DNA of 48,092 nt from a virus, in IMG/VR virus record IMGVR_UViG_3300050500_000285, one strand, 5' to 3'. The position numbers were made by a program, and so were the translations under genes. The notes under the pieces are model-generated. The model was given only the letters and a program-made list of their open reading frames with translations. It had not been told where the DNA came from and did not search any database. Positions 17,816 through 25,473 of the stretch are shown here, piece by piece. Every line of letters begins with the position of its first letter. Within the stretch, counting starts at the first letter, position 1.

Positions 17816-18717
17816 GACTGCGGGCCCTCGGCAGCGCGGTTCTGCTTGGCTGCCACGGCACGCGCGAACAGCAGCGCGTGAAGCGGCTTGTAGTCGTTCA
17901 CGTTGACCACATGGCCAGCGGGCTTGTTGGCCTGCTGTGTGTAGCCGGCGATCTCCTGTGCCACAGCGTCCTTGACCGCGTCCGCGGCGTCAGGCGCCAG
18001 GCCGTGAATCTCGCGCACAAGCTTGGTGAGCTCAGCCTTCTCGGTCTGGTTGAGGCGCCGCGGTCCTTCATCCGGGGTGGACGCCTGCGACGGTGCAGAT
18101 CGCGATGAGTCGCTCGCGCGCCCGTTCGATGTCTGGGGCCGTGAGTAGGTGGCTGATGATGCTTGCCCAGAGCTCTGCCCGGTCGATGCTTTTGGGTCGG
18201 ACTGCTCACGGCGTGGCGCGGTGTCCGCGCCGACCGCGGCGCCGTTGTCGTCCGCGTCGTCGTCAGCGGCCACGTTCAGGATTGCACTCTGAGCGTACCG
18301 CCGGATGTACGTGATGAATCCACCCATGTCCTTGATGTCCCGGTAAGCCGGGATGTACATGATTGTCTCCATGCGCGCGCCATCGGCGTGGCAGAGCATC
18401 GTGCGCACGATATCACCTCCGCACGGGGGCTGCGTCACTGTAAGACCGTGCCTCGTGAGCGCGGGACGCGTGGCCTCGATGATTTTGTCTAGCGGCGCAT
18501 ACCAGAAGTCGTACGCGGGCGGCTTGTAGCCGTCCTGGCGCGCCTTGGGGTACACGGTCACCTTGGCGGTTTTCTTGAGCTCGCCAAACTCGCCCTGCGC
18601 GTTCGCCAGTGCAAGGAACATCTTTGTCACCTGCTCGTCCGTTCCCACGAGCTTGAAGGTATGCTGCTCTGGCAGCGCTGGCGCCGCGATCGTCTCGTTT
18701 TCCTGTTCCACTGTCAC
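17812..18717 (-). CDS. ERF-family single-strand annealing protein (~300 aa)
   Basis: The core YAPLDKIIEATRPALTRHGLTVTQ...GGFITYIRRYAQSAILNV is typical of ERF recombinases, and the C-terminus is Ser/Gly/Gln-rich. The GTG start (18717 or 18711) follows GGAGG. The upstream part of the track ORF is an Arg-rich shadow. Confidence 0.7.
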   Translation of the reverse strand: MTVEQENETIAAPALPEQHTFKLVGTDEQVTKMFLALANAQGEFGELKKTAKVTVYPKARQDGYKPPAYDFWYAPLDKIIEATRPALTRHGLTVTQPPCGGDIVRTMLCHADGARMETIMYIPAYRDIKDMGGFITYIRRYAQSAILNVAADDDADDNGAAVGADTAPRREQSDPKASTGQSSGQASSATYSRPQTSNGRASDSSRSAPSQASTPDEGPRRLNQTEKAELTKLVREIHGLAPDAADAVKDAVAQEIAGYTQQANKPAGHVVNVNDYKPLHALLFARAVAAKQNRAAEGPQS

Positions 18718-18902
18718 CCTCCAAAGCCCGACTGTTGCCGGGCGAAATCGTATGCCATGTCGGCGTGCTCGTATTCGCCGATGAGAGCGCCTGCCTTGTA
18801 CACGCGCAGAAGGCCGGACTTGTGTATGTGAATCGTCACGCGCCCGCGCTTTCCGCGCATGCCTACCGCGGTGACGACGGGGCCCTCTACATCCGGTGTC
18901 AT
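18714..18902 (-). CDS. Hypothetical protein (62 aa)
   Basis: The ATG at 18902 forms an ATGA overlap with the nuclease gene stop. Confidence 0.55.
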   Translation of the reverse strand: MTPDVEGPVVTAVGMRGKRGRVTIHIHKSGLLRVYKAGALIGEYEHADMAYDFARQQSGFGG

Positions 18903-19885
18903 GCTCTCTTCTTTCCGGTCCAGCGAACCTGCTCGTAGTCCGCGCCCGTGCGCATGTACTGCCGCACCAGCTCGGGGTGGTCCTGTTCGAGACGCTTCGC
19001 GTCGAGCGATACCCTGCCGCGCGTCTGGACGGCCCGGTACACGGACTCGCCGTCGACGATTTGGCCATGCTTCGCGACGTGCGACTTGATGAGCTCGCGC
19101 GCCTTTTTGGCCGTCTCTTCGGCACGTTCGGTCAACGTGAGCAGCTCCAATGCGGCGCCGTTGTCGAGCTCGCCAGAGAAGTACTTGGCGAGCGCGGTCG
19201 GCGCGCTCGCTGGGTCCATTAGGTAGGACGGGCACATGCTGCGCCCGTAGCATTCGCGGCAGTGGCGACCCCGCGAGTAGTCCCCGGAAACGTGCAGGGC
19301 CGCCGACACGATTCGGGCGCGTATGGACTCCACCTCTGGCGTGTCGAGCGACAGCAGCGGGCCGACCTCCCAAAGGCCTTCCGTGGCAGCCCAGATTGCG
19401 GTCTGGTACGCCTCGACCGAGATGCCGCGAGCGGCGAGCAGCCCGCAGATTGCCGTGGCGTAGCCGTGTAGCTGCAGAGATCCTGCGCTGCTCGTCCACT
19501 GAGAGCGCTTGATGTCCATCACCACTACGCGCTCTCCCACGACCCAGAATGCGTCGAGCGTTCCGCTGGTGATGGCGCTGGGGTCGGAGTGGGGAACGAA
19601 GCACAGGTCTGCGTCCAGTCCCAACGGCAGCTCCTTTTGTGCGTGCGCGTAGTCGAGCGGTTCGCACCACGGCAGGCGCAGCGGCGTAGGCGCTTGCATG
19701 GCGTCAAGCTCCTCTTGTTCCTTGGCGTCGAGCCGCGCGTACTGCTCTCGCCAGCGCTCGTCACCAGCGCAGCGGGCGTGGAAGCAGGTGCTAACTGCCG
19801 CGGCGCGCGAGGCGCCAAGCTGGCCCAGGACGGGCCCTTGGGCGCAGTATTGCGCGATTGGCAGCGATGACATTCGGTGTCCCAT
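18899..19885 (-). CDS. PD-(D/E)XK Cas4/RecB-family exonuclease with an Fe-S cysteine motif (328 aa)
   Basis: It carries the MDIKRSQ (D-x-K) nuclease motif and a C-terminal HCRECYGRSMCP (C-x2-C-x5-C) plus an N-terminal Cys. It sits next to ERF. GGAGA lies 6 nt upstream of the ATG. Confidence 0.65.
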   Translation of the reverse strand: MGHRMSSLPIAQYCAQGPVLGQLGASRAAAVSTCFHARCAGDERWREQYARLDAKEQEELDAMQAPTPLRLPWCEPLDYAHAQKELPLGLDADLCFVPHSDPSAITSGTLDAFWVVGERVVVMDIKRSQWTSSAGSLQLHGYATAICGLLAARGISVEAYQTAIWAATEGLWEVGPLLSLDTPEVESIRARIVSAALHVSGDYSRGRHCRECYGRSMCPSYLMDPASAPTALAKYFSGELDNGAALELLTLTERAEETAKKARELIKSHVAKHGQIVDGESVYRAVQTRGRVSLDAKRLEQDHPELVRQYMRTGADYEQVRWTGKKRA

Positions 19886-19918
19886 GTTCGGTCTCCTACC
19901 ACGGATGCGTTTGGGATG

Positions 19919-20125
19919 CTAGATGATTTTCCACGCGGAAAGCGTGCTAAGGATGTGGTCGGACGCTCCCGGAAAGCAGGCGCGCGCAACGGCATCCACC
20001 TCCCACACCAGGTGCTTGCGTGGAACGAGCGCGCGACGCCGGACTGCCCACATCGCGAGCGCATCCTGTGTTGGCGCGTACTCGAGCGCTGCGCACCACG
20101 CTCGAAACCGCTCTTGGGGGCTCAT
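19919..20125 (-). CDS. Hypothetical protein (68 aa)
   Basis: ATGA coupling to the upstream gene. Confidence 0.5.
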   Translation of the reverse strand: MSPQERFRAWCAALEYAPTQDALAMWAVRRRALVPRKHLVWEVDAVARACFPGASDHILSTLSAWKII

Positions 20126-20661
20126 GTCGCCCCTGCGAGCTTGAGCGCTCGCACGCCGGTCGCGAAAGTGAGCAAGCGAGACCAGCGCTCGTGAGCCTCA
20201 TCCGCCTCGTACGTCGCGAGGCCGATCGCTGACAGTAGCGAGCCGCTGTTGCGCCGCACGGCTTCGGCGTCGAGTGTCATCAGGTGCCGCACGCGGGCCT
20301 CGGTCCACGCTTCGGCTGCGTCGCGTTCGCGCTCGGCAACTTCGAGTGCGAGGCCTAGCAGGTCTCCGTGCGCACGCGCCTCGCGCACGCGGTCGATCAT
20401 CCACCGATTGGCTTGCTTGCGCACGTTGGCGCCAGGCCCCTTTTGGCCGAAGTGCTTTTTACCGCGCCAGGGTCCGCCGCTCGCGTGGCTGTCCGCTTCG
20501 ATGTAATGCTCGGTGCGATCGAACTGGAAAAGCTCCTGCGCGTCGAGGCCTGCCGCAAACACGTGCCGGGCTTGGCCGTCCGCGTAGACGGCAACCTCGA
20601 TGTCGGTGTGAAGGCGGCCGTCGCTGCCAACCCACAGAAACGTGATGAACTCGGTTTTCAT
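20122..20661 (-). CDS. Hypothetical protein (179 aa)
   Basis: ATG at 20661 with GGAGC 4 nt upstream. The track start at 20694 has no RBS. Confidence 0.6.
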   Translation of the reverse strand: MKTEFITFLWVGSDGRLHTDIEVAVYADGQARHVFAAGLDAQELFQFDRTEHYIEADSHASGGPWRGKKHFGQKGPGANVRKQANRWMIDRVREARAHGDLLGLALEVAERERDAAEAWTEARVRHLMTLDAEAVRRNSGSLLSAIGLATYEADEAHERWSRLLTFATGVRALKLAGAT

Positions 20662-20686
20662 GTCTGCTCCAATCGTTGGCACCATG

Positions 20687-20719
20687 GGACACACGAGACA
20701 GGGGGTCGCTCGTGTGTCC
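20687..20719 (-). promoter_or_regulatory. Intergenic stem-loop with an 11-bp perfect stem (GGACACACGAG / CTCGTGTGTCC, 11-nt loop)
   Basis: The inverted repeat was read directly from the sequence. It lies ~26 nt upstream of the 20661 start and is not followed by a U-tract. Confidence 0.5.
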
Positions 20720-20812
20720 GAGCTGTCTACGATAGTTAGGCATTACCCTACGAACGCATGTTGACCTCCGTTCTCCAGACGCGACGCGCCCCATCAGCGA
20801 GGCACGACAACC

Positions 20813-21661
20813 CTACGCGGCGCGGAGCTCGCGCATACGCTCGGCCAGCACCCACAGCCCGCGGTTCAGGGCCACGTTGCCATCGATGCCGTTCACGGCG
20901 CGCGTGACACCGCGGCGCTTGCGCTCGGTCGTGCGCAATCCGCCGCGCACCAGGTTCTCCTGCACGCGCTGGAACGTGGTCCACAGGCTGTCTCCGCGGT
21001 CTTCGTAGCGCCGGGGCTCCAGCACCTGCGTCACGTTGACGGGCGGCTGCTCTTCGGTGCCGAAGCGCATGGCAATCGCTGCCTCACCAAACACGCGCTG
21101 CTCGCCGTCTGTGAGCTGCAGCCCCTGAAACGACTCACGCAGCGAGTCCACCTTTCCGAAGCTTTGCAGCACGTGGTAGGCGCCTTCGACCACCTCGTCT
21201 AGCACCTTGCCGCTGTGCTTTACCTTGACCGTGACTGCGCTGGTGTGGGGCACCAACATGCCGTTCGCACACACGAAGCGGTACACGCCCGCACTCATCT
21301 CGTACGCGCTCGTGCCGTCGTGGCTGTTGACGAGCACCACTTCGTTGACGGTCTCACCCACGGTCGCTTGGCCGGGGCGAATCATGTGGTCTGGGTGGCG
21401 CAGCTTGAGCATGTGCTTGGTGTACTCGGTCTTACCCGGCAGCCTGCACTTTGCCTGGCACGCGAAGTACGGCTGAAAGCCCTCGCGCATCAGGCCGCGC
21501 AGCACGTCGGCGGTTGGGATGTACGCGTAGCGCGCGCTGCGGCTCTCGTGCGCGGAGGGCGCGAACACGCTCGGGACGAGCTGCATAAGCTCGGTCTCAG
21601 CGATCGGCGCGTTGCGGTAGTGGGTGACAGAGTTGCGGGCGAAGCGGGTGGACAGTTGCAT
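20813..21661 (-). CDS. DUF932 (phage/plasmid-like protein) family protein (282 aa)
   Basis: The hallmark segment is LVNSHDGTSAYEMSAGVYRFVCANGM. ATG at 21661 has GGAGC 8 nt upstream. Confidence 0.7.
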   Translation of the reverse strand: MQLSTRFARNSVTHYRNAPIAETELMQLVPSVFAPSAHESRSARYAYIPTADVLRGLMREGFQPYFACQAKCRLPGKTEYTKHMLKLRHPDHMIRPGQATVGETVNEVVLVNSHDGTSAYEMSAGVYRFVCANGMLVPHTSAVTVKVKHSGKVLDEVVEGAYHVLQSFGKVDSLRESFQGLQLTDGEQRVFGEAAIAMRFGTEEQPPVNVTQVLEPRRYEDRGDSLWTTFQRVQENLVRGGLRTTERKRRGVTRAVNGIDGNVALNRGLWVLAERMRELRAA

Positions 21662-21741
21662 GACGATTGCTCCATTGGTGTGCGTGAAAGTCGACACCCT
21701 ACAGCGCGCGAGCGTACTCGCGTCCTGTCGGCTGGTGACTT

Positions 21742-22290
21742 TCAGACGCTGCTGGCCCATGCCAGCACGGCTGCGATGGACTCGAAGCTGGTCACGGTCC
21801 ATTCACATGACGCGATGTAACCTGACTCGGTGTAGGTGAGATCTGTCTCGGCGCGCTCATGCACTTCGCTGTCTTCGGGGTGGCGGCCCAACTCCTCGCT
21901 TAGTTCCTTGATTGCGTCGTCGTAGTCCGGCTCAGTGAACATGCCGGGAGCCACCTCAAGAAGCACGGCCGCTGCGTCTTCTAGCGCGTCATCGATAGTG
22001 CCGAACGCGAGCACATGCGCGTCTGCGTAGGCGCCGAAGTGGAACACGTGGACGCGCTTGGTGGCGCGCCAGAAGCCATCGCCAGCAACGTGCACCTTGC
22101 GCGGTCCGCTGGACAGACCAGCGTGCGGGTGCAGCTCCTGCACGAGAGCCAGCTCGGTCTCCAGCATGGCCAGGTCGAGTGAGTCAGCGTCCCAGTCCGC
22201 GGTGAGGCCTTTGCCAATGTCTTGCGTCCCGAAGCACAGGGCCAAGCCACGGATGAGCGTGCGCACTTCGCGTGTCATTGGTGTGTACAT
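21742..22290 (-). CDS. Acidic hypothetical protein (182 aa)
   Basis: The start context is GTGATG coupling. The sequence has a clear Asp/Glu excess (TEPDYDDAIKELSEELGRHPEDSEVHERAETD). Confidence 0.6.
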   Translation of the reverse strand: MYTPMTREVRTLIRGLALCFGTQDIGKGLTADWDADSLDLAMLETELALVQELHPHAGLSSGPRKVHVAGDGFWRATKRVHVFHFGAYADAHVLAFGTIDDALEDAAAVLLEVAPGMFTEPDYDDAIKELSEELGRHPEDSEVHERAETDLTYTESGYIASCEWTVTSFESIAAVLAWASSV

Positions 22291-22508
22291 CACCCGCCTG
22301 CCTTTCGAATGAGAGCGTCCAAGTCGTGGGTGGCTTCGACCGCGTCGCGTGCGAGCGCGAACAAGAGGCGCTGCGCCTCCCTGAGCTCATCGCACATGTC
22401 GGATGTGTGAAGCGCGCCGTTCCGCTGGCGCTTGAGCGTGTCGGCCAGGTCGGCCATGTCCTGGTGTAGGCTGCTCGCGAGCTCGCGCAGCGTGTATGCG
22501 CTGGCCAT
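22290..22508 (-). CDS. Hypothetical helical protein (72 aa)
   Basis: GTGATG coupling at both ends. Confidence 0.55.
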   Translation of the reverse strand: MASAYTLRELASSLHQDMADLADTLKRQRNGALHTSDMCDELREAQRLLFALARDAVEATHDLDALIRKAGG

Positions 22509-22705
22509 CACACCACCCCAGCAAGCGCGGCGCGCTCAGGCAGGCGCACCAGGCGGAAGAAGCTCAGCTGCGCCGCATCGCGGCACACGGCAACGTGGTC
22601 CATGGCCCGTGCGTAGGCGCGGTAGTCGATGCGGTCGGCCAAGTAGTCGGCCTCGGCTTGGCCAGCGGCGTCAACGGCTTCCAGTAGCTTCTCTCGTGCG
22701 CTCAT
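22508..22705 (-). CDS. Hypothetical protein (65 aa)
   Basis: The ATG at 22705 forms an ATGA overlap. The longer track ORF (to 22981) extends into the non-coding gap as a Pro/Arg-rich shadow. Confidence 0.55.
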   Translation of the reverse strand: MSAREKLLEAVDAAGQAEADYLADRIDYRAYARAMDHVAVCRDAAQLSFFRLVRLPERAALAGVV

Positions 22706-22881
22706 GACTTGCTCCCCTCGGTGTAGGCCGTCACAAGCGCAGACTGCACCGCGTCCAGGTCGGCCCCTGACAGGCACACTGACGCGCGCTCCAACTGGCT
22801 CTCCAGGTTCGCCAGCGTCCGATTCGCGGCGAGGTTCGCTGCGAGGCGTCGGGCCAGCTTCTGCGCTTGCTTGGACATCAT
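22702..22881 (-). CDS. Hypothetical helical protein (59 aa), first gene after the large non-coding gap
   Basis: The start is ATG ATG at 22881/22878, with GTG 22890 as an alternative. Confidence 0.55.
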   Translation of the reverse strand: MMSKQAQKLARRLAANLAANRTLANLESQLERASVCLSGADLDAVQSALVTAYTEGSKS

Positions 22882-22890
22882 GCCAGGCAC

Positions 22891-23725
22891 CTACTGCAGG
22901 GAGGATGCCATCAGCATCCAGAGCAGAAAGCCCAATGGTGTCGTGAGCGCCCAGCGCAGGCGTGACAGGAAAGGCTGACATCTATGTCATGGGTGGCAAG
23001 CACAGTGGCCGGTGGCAGGGGACAGTCCCCACGGGGCGAGCCCAGGCCGCCGCTGCCTCCCGCGCGTCAGTCCGAGCCCCCCGACAGCACAGAAGAGACA
23101 CGAAGTGGCTCTCTGGCCTCTCTGAGCTCAGAGAGTCATGGTCTCTCGTGCATACGCGCGCGCGCATCGTACGCGCGCGCGTATGCGCAGGGCGCCGCTC
23201 GCGCCGCGGCGCCCCACTGCACGCGGGCCCAACGCGCGTACGCGCGTCCAGGCGCCTCGCTGCGGGCCGCCTGCCGCCACGACGCCGCCCTTGCCCGCCT
23301 CCCCTCCCTCTCGGGCCTCTCCGCTGCCTCTGGGCCTGCCCCGGGAGGCGGGCCCCACCCCCCAGAGCCCACTCTCTCAACTCCCGGGGCACCCCCTCTC
23401 GGACCCCTCAATGAGCACTGCTCTCCCCCTCCGGCGGAGACATGTCCCCCACCCTGCAGTCATGACGCAGCGTGTTGCATGTTTACATGCTGTACTGCGT
23501 CATCGTCCACGCAGTGAGCGCCGCTTGAGATCGCAGCATCCTAGGACGCTGCTCGCGTCCGCTCCCCTCCTCGCCTCCGACATGGGACGCGCGCGCCCGC
23601 ACGCACGCACGTGTTATAAGCAATCACCCCCCATTCCAGGGGGAGCCAGGGGGGCTGTGACCGGGGCCGCCCCACCCCCCCCATTTTTTGAAAACACAGT
23701 AGAGACATGTCTCTGCCGCGTCGTG
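22891..23725. other. 835-bp gene-free segment, palindrome-dense, with a C-rich plus strand at 23281..23460
   Basis: All six-frame ORFs here are Arg/Pro/Ala-rich shadows. At least seven palindromes or inverted repeats were read directly; they are listed in the finding for this region. Confidence 0.7.
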
Positions 23726-24100
23726 TCAAATCGTTGATTTCGCAACCATGCAGACCAGGCCGCGGGCCTGACCGCGCCGTAAGCAGTCCCACGTGCCGCG
23801 ACTCTCGCTGTCCGGAAAGGCCAGCAACCAGTCGTCGGGCGGGTCGGCGAAGTTGACCATCCTCTGGTTGCGGTCGTGGAAGCGCTGCGGCGAGGGGGCG
23901 GCGCTGTTGACGCAGACCTTCAGCGTGTTGCAGCCGAGCTGCACGAAGAACTCGAACGCGCGCTTGTCGACGCTGTCTTCGGTGTCGTCGTTGTCGCCAA
24001 CGATGGCCAGGGATGGGTGGCCGAATCGGTCAACCCACCGGAGAAGCCATGGGCGCAGGGATGGGTGGCCGCGGCGCGATCCGGTGACCACCAGCTTCAT
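23726..24100 (-). CDS. SLOG-superfamily DUF2493-like protein (124 aa)
   Basis: It shows MKLVVTGSR... LAIVGDN...VDKRAFEFFVQLGC ... RFHDRNQRMV ... WLLAFP...SRGTWDCLRRGQARGL, which is collinear with the DUF2493 pattern as I remember it. The Gly-rich nucleotide-binding loop is degenerate. Confidence 0.55.
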   Translation of the reverse strand: MKLVVTGSRRGHPSLRPWLLRWVDRFGHPSLAIVGDNDDTEDSVDKRAFEFFVQLGCNTLKVCVNSAAPSPQRFHDRNQRMVNFADPPDDWLLAFPDSESRGTWDCLRRGQARGLVCMVAKSTI

Positions 24101-24495
24101 GGCTTCGTGTGCAGCCCGCGCTCGACGTCGATGAGCAGGGCGTGTAGCCGGCTCTCAGCGGCGGGACCTCGGGCGTAGGCCAGGATGTCGGAACGCTCGA
24201 GCCGCCGGCCGCGCTGCTCGGCGCCTTCGATGCATGCCTGCTTCAGGGCCACCTCGTCGCGCTCGGCCGCGAGCTCAGCTCGCAGCGCGTCGTGGCGAGC
24301 AAGAAGGTCAGCGCATCCAGCGTGCCTATTCACCAGCTCGACGAAGCGTCCCGCCAGCTGCCACAACTCGCCGGCACTGACGTTGCCGATGAGCCTCGCG
24401 GTCGGTTCCCAGGACGCCGCGCACGCACCAACGTCGGTCGCGATGCGCAGCAACTCCTCGTCACTCGCCATCGCCATCACTTGCGGTTTTTCCAC
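24097..24495 (-). CDS. Hypothetical protein (132 aa)
   Basis: GTG start with GGAGGA ~4 nt upstream. An ATGA overlap links it to the next gene. Confidence 0.6.
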   Translation of the reverse strand: MEKPQVMAMASDEELLRIATDVGACAASWEPTARLIGNVSAGELWQLAGRFVELVNRHAGCADLLARHDALRAELAAERDEVALKQACIEGAEQRGRRLERSDILAYARGPAAESRLHALLIDVERGLHTKP

Positions 24496-24504
24496 GGTTC
24501 CTCC

Positions 24505-24738
24505 TCAGCGCTTGCGCGCGGCCTTGTGCTTGACGCCGAACGTGCAATGCGCGTGCACGGTCAGCTTGGGGTTGTTCTTTGCGTCGAGCGTGATGCTCGC
24601 CGCGTGCACGTACTCGTTCTCGGACTTTCGCCAGGCTGGTAGGTGGCACTTCGGGCACGCCACGGCCACGGGCCACTTGCCGCCGATGACCTGGCCCACG
24701 CGCTTGGGCTCCACGCGGATTTCAACTGGCTCAGTCAT
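24505..24738 (-). CDS. Small Zn-binding-like protein (77 aa)
   Basis: It contains a CPKC...HAHC pattern. The start overlaps the upstream gene by 8 nt. Confidence 0.55.
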   Translation of the reverse strand: MTEPVEIRVEPKRVGQVIGGKWPVAVACPKCHLPAWRKSENEYVHAASITLDAKNNPKLTVHAHCTFGVKHKAARKR

Positions 24739-24976
24739 CGTCCTCGTCGTCCTCGTCGTCCGGCACCGGGCGACCGGAGCGAATCCCACCTATCACGGCG
24801 CGCAGGTCGGTCTCGCTGCGCGAGCGGTAGTACTGGGCCCAGGCCTCGCAGCGATCTCGCTCTTCCTGCACCGCCTCGCCGCGCGCCTTCTCCAGCACCG
24901 CCACGCGCAGCTTGAGCGCATCGTTTTCGGCACGCAGGCGGTCGCGCTCGGCGTACAGCTCCTCCCACGTGCTCAT
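24731..24976 (-). CDS. Coiled-coil protein with a poly-acidic C-terminus (81 aa)
   Basis: The sequence includes LYAERDRLRAENDALKLRVAVLEKA and ends ...PDDEDDEDDD. It has an ATGA overlap. Confidence 0.6.
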   Translation of the reverse strand: MSTWEELYAERDRLRAENDALKLRVAVLEKARGEAVQEERDRCEAWAQYYRSRSETDLRAVIGGIRSGRPVPDDEDDEDDD

Positions 24977-25473
24977 CGCACCAGCTCCAGCGCTGCCATG
25001 AGCCCGGTCCAGGCCACCTCATCGGCGTCACCGGCCTCGTAGCGCACCAAGAGCGTGCACTCGCCGGAGGTGACGGTGTTGGCGCTGCCTGGGCACACGT
25101 CGACCGTCGAGCAGCCCGATGGCGGGCCGTGGCCGACCCACAGCGCATACTCTCCGAGCTCCAGGTTGATGTCGCCCGCTGCCTTGCCCCACGCGTAAGC
25201 GTCGGCCGCGGACATCTCGTTGCACAGATGCACGTACAGCGGAGGACCCTCGATGCGCTCGTGCTCCTCTGCGCAGCCGCAGAGGAGCACCGCGAACAGT
25301 ATAGCGAGCTGCCGGAAGCGCTCGGCCCTGCCTTGCAGGTGAGCCTTGAGCATCGTCACGTGCGGCTGGCAATCATCCGCCGCCTCCTGGAACGCCTCGG
25401 CCGACTTTAGCAGCACGTCGCGCAGGTCCGCGCGGTCCAGGGCGCTCAGCTCAACAGTTTTCTTGTCGCTCAT
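24973..25473 (-). CDS. Hypothetical protein (166 aa) containing an internal lipoprotein-type signal (RFRQLAILFAVLLCGC)
   Basis: ATG at 25473. An in-frame Met (MLKAHLQGRAERFRQLAILFAVLLCGC) could initiate a lipoprotein form. Confidence 0.5.
   Translation of the reverse strand: MSDKKTVELSALDRADLRDVLLKSAEAFQEAADDCQPHVTMLKAHLQGRAERFRQLAILFAVLLCGCAEEHERIEGPPLYVHLCNEMSAADAYAWGKAAGDINLELGEYALWVGHGPPSGCSTVDVCPGSANTVTSGECTLLVRYEAGDADEVAWTGLMAALELVR

Noticed and set aside
23646-23692. G-run/C-run followed by ATTTTTT (GGGGGGCTGTGACCGGGGCCGCCCCACCCCCCCCATTTTTT) considered as an intrinsic terminator.
   Set aside because: The T-tract is on the plus strand, but no plus-strand gene lies upstream. For the leftward operon ending at 23726 the orientation is wrong, since an A-run follows the stem. 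The pairing is also ambiguous. I kept it only as part of the unusual non-coding segment.
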